Notes under the pieces: model-generated
The model's input: only the letters and a program-made list of their open reading frames with translations
Told to the model about the DNA's origin: nothing
The model's database searches: none
Program-made: the position numbers and the translations under genes
Shown here: piece by piece, positions 52,689-64,000 of the stretch
How positions within the stretch are numbered: position 1 is the first letter of the stretch
How the letters are laid out: every line of letters begins with the position of its first letter
Source of the DNA: Octopus vulgaris
Lineage: Eukaryota
Direction: 5' to 3'
Assembly (NCBI GenBank): GCA_951406725.2
Contig: OX597819.1
Coordinates: forward strand, 56,110,001-56,174,000
Length of the DNA: 64,000 nucleotides

Positions 52689-52989
52689 AGTAGTAACAAG
52701 AATATCTTCAGTAATTTGGTACGATCGTTTCACGCTACATCATTTTATTAAACATTGTAAGTATTACATCAGTTTTAAAATGTTGACCAATTGATCAACA
52801 TTTTAAAACTGATGTAATACTTACAATGTTTTATAAAATGATGTAGCGTGAAACGATCGTACCAAATTACCGAAGATATTCTTGTTGCTTACTTTGATTA
52901 TAATCATCCCATGGATTTATATGGATAACAACGTACAAAATTCTGGTGCATCTCACTTAAGCACCATATTCACTTGAATCTAAATTTTG

Positions 52990-52992
<3 letters not shown>
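52685..52992. mobile_element. Spacerless fold-back with 3' half of a hammerhead in each arm
   Basis: Arms 52685-52790/52791-52897 centred on caattg; GAAA-cgatcg-TA at 52850-52861; (TA)n on both sides. Confidence 0.75.
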
Positions 52993-53031
<39 letters not shown>

Positions 53032-53209
53032 TTAGAGATAAAACAAACCACTATTAGGCAAATCAAACAGTGAAAATCATAAAGCAATACATAGAAATAA
53101 AATTAATTAATAAAAAATATATAAAATATAAAATTCAAAATTTAAATTATTTAAATTTAAAGTTAAAATTAAAAAAATTATTTAAATTAATAATTTATAC
53201 TTATAAATA

Positions 53210-53262
<53 letters not shown>

Positions 53263-53331
53263 TTTTTTTTTTTAAATATATATAACTATCAAAAAGTATT
53301 AAAAGTTTAATATAAGATAAAGAGTAAAACA

Positions 53332-53400
<69 letters not shown>

Positions 53401-54278
53401 AGTACACACGCAAATACACACACATATATATATACGTACACCTACACATATTTATAAATATATTTATTTATTTAATTTATTTTTATTACATAATCATTTT
53501 TCTATAAAAATATAACAATATTTGAAATGTTCATATTATTCATTTATATATATTTTATAAATAAGTTTATTATATTTTATTTTATTTTATATTTACTTTT
53601 ACGTAATAGATTTATTTCCTCACGAAATACATACGCACTAAATATATGAAATAGCATCTTAAACTTCTTTAGTTATGAATTTGAATTTGTACGAGTAAGT
53701 TGTAACCTTCGTTATTATTAAAACAAAATCCCTAAGAGATTCTACTCCTCACAGCTTAAATTCGTAACATTGAATTTAACCCAAATATTTTGAAATATGC
53801 ATTACCAAGGGGCTAGAATCGAAACATATGTAGGTTTTTGAGCCTACTATTGTGTTAAAAACTTATTTGTATTTATACCTTAAAAAGAAATCTATAATGT
53901 AAATAAATTAACTGTACATTTTTAACTCACCATTTTCTTACATTATTAATTACACACACACACATATATATACATGCATACTTGCATATATTCATGGATT
54001 AGTGTAAGTTAACTTCATGGGAGGAGAAATGACAGAACTTTTTGAGTTTAAAGAGTTCCTGGTGTTTGTAAATTTGCAGCTATGATGATAAGTACAAATA
54101 AGAATTCCTCGTCAGGGTACAAGAGCTGTAGGTTCCGCATTAATTCGCCATATATGTTCTAGTTTTCTTGGACTTTTGATTGCATAGGGTGGTCCAAAGG
54201 TCTCGTCACTCCTTACCGAAAAGTAATAAGAACAATAGAGGAACAATATAATAACATCAAAGATATGTAGATGTTTTA

Positions 54279-54827
54279 CTGGGTTGTCCGGAAAGTTCGT
54301 GCCGATTTATAGTAGCTTACATTTCAACTTATTTTAGAACATGGTTGAGTCCATGAAATAGGATTTGACTACACCTCCATTTAGAGCACAGTTTAAGCTA
54401 TCTTTTCGTGGAAGAAGGTTTATGTTCCTATAACCTGTGTTAATTCTGTAACCCTTTAAAATGGAAGATAAGAAAATTCATTTCGGCACTTGATGCTTTG
54501 GGAACCAGACAAAAATTGCTGCAGCTCGGCTGAAATGTGTTACCCCACTTTCCATATTCACTAGATATTGCTCGTTCGGATTACCACTTATTCAGGTCTC
54601 TGCAGAATAGTCTTGATGGTAAACATTTCAATTCCTTGGATGACGTAAAACGATACCTTGATGAATTCTTTGTCATGAAACCACCTCAATTCTGGTTAGA
54701 GGGTATTTTCGTGTTAAAAGAAATATGGAGACGCATTGTGCAACAAAATGGTTCATATCTGGTTGATTAAAATGTATTGGCAAGTATTTATTGACCTTTT
54801 TCTTTCCTTTAAAAATCGGCACGAACT
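54279..54827 (+). mobile_element. Internally deleted mariner (same family as 14075)
   Basis: Same TIR; HFPYSLDIARSDYHLF; right TIR clipped. Confidence 0.95.
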
Positions 54828-55664
54828 GTCATTGACACTGACACTGTCACGCATCGAGACGGTCTGTTGAACACGACTATTTTTGTGGCACAAAATGATG
54901 CGGTGCCATGCCCTGTGTGATATTTTAGGAAGCTGTGCTTTGGTGCTTTGTTGCAAAGGCTGCGAAACAGCGTCCTTCAACTGCTAGGTATTCTAGTATC
55001 GCTCTTCTGAAACTCACTCCTTGATAATAGAAAATTAAAATAATATTTACAGGTGGTGACATTCCACATCCTCTGGGTAGCAGACCTCCATAAAAGTGTA
55101 ATTATGTATGTATGTATGTATGTATGTATGTATGTATGTATGTATGTATGTATGTATGTATGTATGTATGTATGTATGTATGTATGTATGTATGTATGTA
55201 TGAATGTATGTATATATTTATGTATGTATGTTTGTATGTATGTCGTTATTTATGTATGTATACGTGTATTCATTTACTTAATTATTTATTTATTTATTTA
55301 TCAAGCTACATTACTGGGGATTTAGGTACATAGAGAATTATATAGATGTTTATATACAATTCTATTCATCCATCAATTGAACGTTACTTTTCTGACACAC
55401 ACACACACATACACACAGACGTATATATGTATGCTGTGTGTATATAGATATATGGACACACATATACATACGCATAGAGACACGTGTGTATGTGTGTACA
55501 TAAGTATGTATATATCTAATAATATACATGTATTTGAAAATTAATTTATATACACAAGTACTTCACCTCTATAAATAGCTATTTACAAATAAGTACATCA
55601 GCAAAAATATGAAAATGAACGAATCGACATACGGAAGAGAATCACAGAAGACAGAAAAGGAAAC

Positions 55665-55695
<31 letters not shown>

Positions 55696-55938
55696 TGTAT
55701 GTATGTATGTATGTATGTATGTATGTATGTATGTATGCATGTATGCATGTATGCATGTATGCATGCATGTATGTATGCATGCATGTATGTATGTATATAT
55801 GTATATATATATATACATACATTTATATATATATATATATATATATACATTTATATACATATATACATATGTTTATATATACCTGTGTGTACATATATAT
55901 ATGCACATGTTTATATATATATATATATATATACATAT

Positions 55939-55973
<35 letters not shown>

Positions 55974-56565
55974 GAGAGAGAGAGAGAGAGAATGGAGGGA
56001 TAGGAAAAAGGGCAGGGAGAGAGATGTAGGGCACGTAGAGAGAATGAGAGAGATTGATAGAGAAATGTAAAAAGGATGCTGGAGAAAGACAAGAGAGAAA
56101 AAGGCATGAAGAGAAACTAATAGAACCGTGTAAATCGATAGACAGTTGATAAAAACGAAAGGCATTAAAAAAGAGCTTAAGGATAATAAGCAACAACTAA
56201 AATTATAGAGTAAAAGGAATGAAAAATATATAAGGCAAAAAGTAAAAGCATAAATTAACAAAAAAAAAAAAAGTATGATAAAAATTGCCCTTCGTCAATA
56301 ATTGTAACATCCAGAATATTTTTAACATCAATATTATAAAAAGACAAACATGAAATTTTCTAATTCCATGAAGCAACCGATGACCAGAGTCTACTAGATT
56401 CTTGAATAGACGCCAGGAATAACCATGTAACTGGTGCGCACGAGTTAAGAAATAAATATTGTCTTCTTTTGCAGCAAAAAAATCTACTATTTTTGCCTCC
56501 TTCGAGGAAAATATCATAAAACGATTTTCCAATTTGAAATGAGAAAGACATAGCGTGTACATACA

Positions 56566-56619
<54 letters not shown>

Positions 56620-56991
56620 TATATTAAACGCACACAAAAGACACGCACACAAAAATAAATGCAGAAAAATATATTTATATCTAAGTACGTACACACGCAT
56701 ATGTGTGAGTAAGTATGCTTATGTATGTACGAATTTATGTAAATGTATATGTATGCATACATCGTATATGAAAATAAATACATATATATATGTGCATATA
56801 TAAATATATGTATATATTTATATGTGACGCATAGACATACATACATATAGTTTAGTCTTAAACAAAAATAGTGTTGACAGGGATGTCAAACTTTAGACCT
56901 GTTAAGCCACAAACTTTAGACCTGCACACACACAACAAATATATACATATATATACATATATAAGTATGTGTATATATATATGTATGTATA

Positions 56992-57104
<113 letters not shown>

Positions 57105-57106
57105 AT

Positions 57107-57300
57107 AGAAGGTTGAAAAAGAACACACGAGTTGATATGTAAAGGAAAATAAGACAAGTTAGAAAATACTAAAATAATTTTATCACAAAGAACATTTTAG
57201 TACCGGTTTCAGCCTTTGCGACTTTTCAACTTAGAGTAAAGCATGAAAAACAATTAAATTGTGGAAAAATTATATGAAGTGTTTTTTAAAACTATTTCCA
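57107..57300 (-). mobile_element. Penelope-like terminal fragment with variant hammerhead at 57197-57233
   Basis: Minus strand ag-TTGAAAA-gtc gcaaa ggct-GAAA-ccgg-TA-ct; U3-A8 core; 3' end joins (TA)n. Confidence 0.5.
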
Positions 57301-57472
57301 TAGTTTTCAAATGCAAGGGACATTTTCCTTTTTCTGTCTGTCTCTCTTTTTTACTTAAGAGTAATATATGTACATAATGTGTGTGTATATATATGCACGT
57401 ATATGTAAGTATGTATACATATATACAATAAACACATTTATGTACAAGTTGATTACTTCCTACCCCTCTTTA

Positions 57473-57962
<490 letters not shown>

Positions 57963-58337
57963 AGGAAGCAATGTGTATGTGTGTGTAAGAAAAGTTAAAA
58001 ATCGAAGCTCATCAAAAATGGTTTGAGAAAATCAATATTGCTAGGGTTGGGAAGGTGGGGAGAAATGTAGGTTTTAGCCTTTTAGGTTTACACAAACGCA
58101 TAGATATAGACTTATACTTCGTATGTATGTATGTATGTATGTATGTATGTATGTATGTATGTATGTATGTATGTATGTATGTATGTATGTATGTATGTGT
58201 ATATATGCATATGCAATATGCATACATATACGCACATTCAGATACATACGCATGCATATATACACATACATACACATATTTATATGTATGTATATATACA
58301 TACATATATATATACATACATATATATTCATATATAC

Positions 58338-58385
<48 letters not shown>

Positions 58386-58479
58386 CTGTATACATACATA
58401 TCTGTATACATACATATACATACATATGTATACATATATATATATATAAATACATTCATACATACATATATAACTTAAA

Positions 58480-59229
58480 CAATATTTTATAATTACGAGT
58501 ATAACTATAATTAGGGTTCAGCAAAGATTTGCTTTATCACATACCGAAATTTAGAAATAGCAGCCAAAGAACCTTAGCTATTTCTTCTACTGTAAGAAGA
58601 GGGTCTCGGACAAAACAAAATACTCGAAATAACCCATGCGGACAGAGAGGAAAAATAACGAAATTCACTCGGTATTTGATTACCTGTGGACGCGTTTCGG
58701 AATTAGATCGGTATGAAGAATGTAAAAATCATACTTCACCCAAACGTTTTCCTCCTCAGTACAGGAATCCACGATATTAGATTTGAGAGCACTGGAATTG
58801 AACATACCTATCCAATTCAAAGCAGTATCAGACAAATCATATTCAACGTCCAGTACCAGCGAATTCAAAATATACGAATAAGGTTCCTCACCTTCCCTTG
58901 CCCATCCACGTGTGTTGTCGAGTAAAAATACTACAGAAAAAACTGTAGTTTATTATCAGGGAGAGAATTATATTATCAATAATAATAAAGGGTAAAATTA
59001 ATTAATTAACTAGTAATTAATAATTCCACCACGTAGAATTCGGCATGATAAAAGGACCATTTTTCGGTAAACTTAATATTTTATAATTACAAGGAAAAAT
59101 GTGATTTTTACATTCTTCATACCGATCTAATTCCAAAACGCGTCCACTGGTAAAAAAATGATCCGTTTATCATGCCGAATTCTACTTGGTGGAATTATTA
59201 ATTACTAGTTAATCAATTAATTATTATTG

Positions 59230-59232
<3 letters not shown>
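58480..59232 (-). mobile_element. Penelope-like rearranged element (family F)
   Basis: Hammerhead at 58683-58765; its partial inverted copy at 59102-59152; second inverted pair 58995-59052/59166-59225. Confidence 0.75.
58683..58765 (-). ncRNA. Type I hammerhead ribozyme
   Basis: cctgta-CTGAGGA-ggaa...ttcc-GAAA-cgcg-TC-cacagg; one stem I mismatch. Confidence 0.8.
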
Positions 59233-59283
<51 letters not shown>

Positions 59284-59284
59284 C

Positions 59285-59510
59285 GTTTAGAGAGTGTAAT
59301 TCGGCAGGAGGACTTAAACGACATGTAAAGGTACATGAAGCCCAGTTACAACTATAGCCGGCTATTACCGGTAAAGGTATTAGTTGCCAATTCTGTAGAA
59401 GACATTGTAGATATTTAGCTGGGCTAAAAAGTCACATTCGATCACAGCACCAGTAACCATTAAGCTTCGTGCAATGGCCATACTCGATAACGAGGGGGGC
59501 AGCCATAATG
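59285..59510 (+). mobile_element. Probable RTE LINE 3' end with zinc-finger remnant
   Basis: ECNSAGGLKRHVKVH; tail tggccatactcg..cgagggg..gcagcca. Confidence 0.45.
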
Positions 59511-59669
59511 GAATGTCATATGTATATTTATGAAGGGACATGCAATTTTAGCCAGTTACGTTAAGATAAACGAAATGGTCACACCAACGAGAGAGTGAAT
59601 CTTTCAACTCCACACAAACGCATACACATACACACACACAAACAAATAAACACACACATACGCACACAC

Positions 59670-59980
59670 CGTGTATAGGGAATGTTCCATCGTCACAATT
59701 GATTGCCGTCTTATTGTGATTCTCAATGTCAACGGTATTTCTGACTCTCTATCCATGACCTGTCAGAACGCTTTTCAGTTCCGTTGCCTTGTGACAGTGT
59801 GCTTCCAACTGGTTAGATCTGCACACATTTCCATAAGACTTTCATTAGAATGAATAATAATTAACCACTGTAATCACCATAAAGAGACACATGCATATCA
59901 CTGTGTCATAGTGATAAACACTGTGGATCTCCGTGGTAAATATCTGGTGAAGGGCGAGACAAGATGTCCAGTAATAACAT
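59670..59980 (-). mobile_element. Decayed RTE LINE fragment
   Basis: SLYGD and QLEAHCHKATE-like motifs. Confidence 0.4.
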
Positions 59981-60017
59981 GAAACCGCTGATTTTCCATT
60001 AGAGTGTGCTTCTCGAA

Positions 60018-60860
60018 CAGTGGTTCCTAAACGTTTTCGGGTTGCGAACCTTTTGACACACTGGTCACATTCCTAGCACTCCCCATCTCAACTAACCATA
60101 GACCTCTTTCTGAAGCAAATTCAAAACAACTGTATTTCATAAATAAACTTAACCGGAAAGTTCGTGCCGATTTTTAAAGGGAAAAAAAAAGGCCAATAAA
60201 TACTTGCCATTACATTTTAAATCAGCCAAATATGAACAATTTTCTTGTACAATGCGCCTCCATCTTTCCTTTAACTTGAAAATACCTTCTCTCTAGAATT
60301 GAAGTGCTTTCATGGCAAAGAATTCATCAAGTTATCTTTTTACGTCATCCAAGGAATTGAAATTTTTACCATTAAGACTATTCTGCAGAGACCTGAATAA
60401 ATGGAAATCCGAACGAGCAATATCTGGTTAATATAGAGGGTGGGGTAACACATCCCAGCCGAGTTGCAGCAATTTTTGTCTGGTTTCCAAAGCATCAAGT
60501 GCCGAAAATGAACTTTCTGATCTTCCATTTTAAAGGGTTACAGAATTAAAAGAGATTATAGGAACATAAATATTCTTCCACAAAAAGATAGCCTGATCTG
60601 TCCTCTAAATGGAGGTGTAGTCAAATCCTATTTTATGGACTCAACCATGTTCTAAAATAAGTCGAAAGATAAGCTACTATAAATCAGCAAGAACTTTCCG
60701 GACAACCCAATATTTTGTTGTTTTTACATGAATCGCTACGCCATTATCACCACAATTTTTGCATGAATCGCTACTCATTATCACCCCAATTTTCTTCAGT
60801 GCCCCCTTGGAACTATCCGCCCCCAGGGGAAGGCAATCCCGCCCACTTTGGGAACCACTG
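60018..60860. mobile_element. hAT-type MITE hosting a nested mariner
   Basis: TIR cagtggttcctaaa / tttgggaaccactg; TSD only 5/8 matched. Confidence 0.65.
60153..60710 (-). mobile_element. Internally deleted mariner (third copy)
   Basis: Reverse complement of 54279-54827; MEDQKVHFRHLMLW N-terminus. Confidence 0.95.
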
Positions 60861-61015
60861 TCCCAGAAGGATGCTGTGGCAACTACTAGCGGCTGACTCA
60901 ATTCCGGTGGATTTTATGTACCTGATAATTAATCCAAAGCTAGGACACATGTAAGTATGTGTGTATGTATCGTGTGTGTGTGTCTGTGTGCTTGTTTGTA
61001 AATAACCATAAATAC

Positions 61016-61065
<50 letters not shown>

Positions 61066-61069
61066 GTAT

Positions 61070-61707
61070 TAATAGTTATCGCCAAGTAAACATGGCAGTC
61101 CAGAAAAATAGGACGAATGCTGCCACTGGTTAGCTCCAAGAGTCCATCGCGTCTAGGCAGCTATGTGGCACACGAACCTGTGTCCATTATAACCTTCGAA
61201 CAGGGCTACAATGGGCACAGGTTCGTGTGTCAGATAGCTAGCTAGCGGCGAGGGCCTCTTTGAGTTAATCAACGACAGCATTCGTCCTATTTTCCTGGAC
61301 TGCCATGTTAGCTTGGCAATAACTATTACTATCCAATACCGAAATATTAATATTTCTAGTTTTGAAAAACAGTGGAAGTATTCCACTGAATTTTAGGTAA
61401 ATAATCCTTCGAACAGACGGTCAGCAGCGACGCCTGCTGGGTTCGGCTACTCTACATTGATAGGGGGCAAATACCCTGAAAGTAGCCTGTAAATGCCAGA
61501 CCAGCAAGGGGAAGCGGCTGACCTCCCCAGTTCGAAGGTTATATTGGACACAGGTTCATGTGTCACATAGCTAGCTAGAGGCGATGGTCTCTTGGAGCTA
61601 ATCAACGGCAGCATTCGTCCTATTTTCCTGGGCTGCCATTTTAGCTTGGCGATAACTATTAATATTCAGTTCCGCTGCCGTAGTCTCCTTTAGAGAGACT
61701 GAAAAAT

Positions 61708-61710
<3 letters not shown>
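61070..61710 (+). mobile_element. Inverted+tandem element (family G, ~333-nt period) with atypical hammerhead-like motif at 61445-61487
   Basis: 61070-61201 inverts 61529-61660; 61211-61328 repeats 61544-61660; (TA)n on both sides. Confidence 0.8.
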
Positions 61711-61791
<81 letters not shown>

Positions 61792-62493
61792 TACTTATAC
61801 GCGTATATATAGTCACGTCTAAATGTATTTATAGACGCACACATATATCAGTACACATGTAGAACATGTATCTACCAATATATCTATATACATAGTAATA
61901 TATTGCATACATCCACACTCACACACGCACACACATTCGCGCGCACGCACACAAGCAAGGTCTCACAGAAACACACACACATACGCACACACTAACGCAA
62001 ACACAGACATTCACATATGCACACCATTATTTGGTGCATTCTGAATTTCCGGTTTAATTAAAACTATTCAACATGTCAGCTAGAAATGAAAAGCTTCAAA
62101 TATAGAACACCGGGCCGCGTAAATCACGCGAAAATAAATGAATAAATAAATAAATAGACGAAATGAATATATAAAATCAAATCAATAAATATATAAATAA
62201 ATAATCATAAGATTGTGTATAAAAAATTATCAGTACAATTATTCCTGATTGTGATAGCTTATTAGAATATTGATTCATTTCTGACTAGGCCTAAAATGTC
62301 CTGTATTTTAAATAAGCAGAAATGCGTTCATACGTTTCCCAAGTGTATTAAGCTTCGTAAGTGAAGTAATGTCTGCTTGTGATTAAAATCACACGTCGGT
62401 TTTTATTTAACCAAAAGTATATCTCTTAATCGCTGTGAGTCGCTGCAAGGATAATACGAATACGATACAAATATTCTCTCTCTCTCTCTCTCA

Positions 62494-62528
<35 letters not shown>

Positions 62529-62646
62529 GCACGCACACACACACACACGCACGCACACACACACATCACACACATTTATATGTGTGCATAACCCCCACCC
62601 ACATAATATTTGTATATATGTATATTTGTATGTATGTATATTTATA

Positions 62647-62708
<62 letters not shown>

Positions 62709-63019
62709 CGTATAAATATATTTATGTATGTATTTGCACATTTGTACTTTTATACATACATACACACACACACAAATATATATATATATATATATATATA
62801 TGCACGTATAGAAACACTCACACACACACATAAGTAGATTTACATATATATATATATATAGATGTATACACGCATACACACATGCATACACAGAAACGTA
62901 TATATATATATATATATATATGTATACACACATACACATACACACACACACACACACGCACACACACACACACACACACAAACACACACATATCCGTTCT
63001 GCAGTGGAAGACAAGTTTG

Positions 63020-63190
63020 GGGGCAAGTCAATATCATGAACCTTATTACTTGAGTGGTGTATTATTTTGTCGACCCCTGAGCTAAGAGAGGTAAAGTTTG
63101 ACCTCAATGAAATTATTTGAACTCAGAGCGTAATGAGCTGGAGAAGGACAAGTAATCATGCTTTTCAACGTTCTAATGACTCAGTTTGCC
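63020..63190 (-). mobile_element. Degenerate SINE S2
   Basis: tttgaactcagagcgtaa and related motifs. Confidence 0.55.
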
Positions 63191-63212
63191 ACCCTATAAC
63201 AATGTCTGTCTG

Positions 63213-63310
<98 letters not shown>

Positions 63311-63888
63311 GACAGTAGACACAGGCATGACAGACTTATTTAAAGAATTCGTTTCACAATTAAAAGGTGGCTGTTTCAGCCATACTGCTTGGAATGTTTG
63401 GCAAATGTCTCTGTCGTAATCTTGGGTCGCTCCAAGTGCTGTGAGTGACAATGTGTTGATGGAAATTTTGTAGAATCCCCCGCCCCGACGGTCTGTACGG
63501 TAATTTAAAAGTTCAACTGTTGTACTCAGTGTCACGCAGAATCTATCTGGTAATTATGACAACGGCAAGATAATTCAATGAGTTGAACACCGCCTTGATT
63601 TCGGGAATAAATGCTTCGACATCAACACCAGTTGCTACGAGACGTTTGGGCGCCGCTTTTCTGGCAGCACTGATTCGATGCTGACTTATTTGACTTCAGA
63701 TGTTCTTTTTATGTTTCACTCGTTTTACTGTTTCTCTCGTTCTCTCCTTCCCTGATTTCCTCTCTCTACTTATGCATGGGCATATTTCTCTGTGGGTATG
63801 AGGAGAGAGAATATGTATATGATGCCAATCGTACTGAATCAATAAATTGTAAAAACCCTATCTCTCACTCCGTTATAACACTATACTT

Positions 63889-63942
63889 CTTCCACGTCTT
63901 CGCGTTGTTTTTTTTTCTCTTTGTGTTTTCATGTTTGGCTTA

Positions 63943-63947
<5 letters not shown>
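63889..63947 (+). mobile_element. Family C 3' terminus joined to (TA)n
   Basis: ttccacgtcttcgcgttg...gtttggcttaacttt matches the reverse complement of 15711-15778. Confidence 0.7.
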
Positions 63948-63995
<48 letters not shown>

Positions 63996-64000
63996 CTGTG

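Overview
AT-rich, microsatellite-saturated eukaryotic non-coding DNA. The SINE families and (TA)n/(TATG)n/(TCTA)n load suggest an octopus (cephalopod) genome, which is an inference. No intact host gene is supported, and almost all listed ORFs are translated microsatellites. Conventional content: several tRNA-headed SINE families, a CR1-type LINE RT fragment, decayed RTE-type LINE pieces, a full-length decayed Buster-type hAT transposon (8-bp TSD), three copies of one internally deleted mariner, several MITEs and a solo LTR. The main unexplained signal is a dense set of short (0.2-1 kb) non-coding inserts whose 3' ends usually abut (TA)n tracts. They are arranged as fold-backs and/or partial tandems and carry minimal hammerhead ribozyme motifs (CUGANGA...GAAA, short mostly palindromic stem III, NUH). 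I count about 20 complete, variant or partial motifs from roughly 10 sequence families. This fits non-autonomous Penelope-like/retrozyme-type elements. The set includes a ~350-360-nt circularly permuted family at three loci, compensatory base changes between copies, one copy whose boundary coincides with the predicted cut site, and one possible type III-like permutation. All folds were done by eye, and element boundaries are approximate unless a TSD/TIR is quoted.
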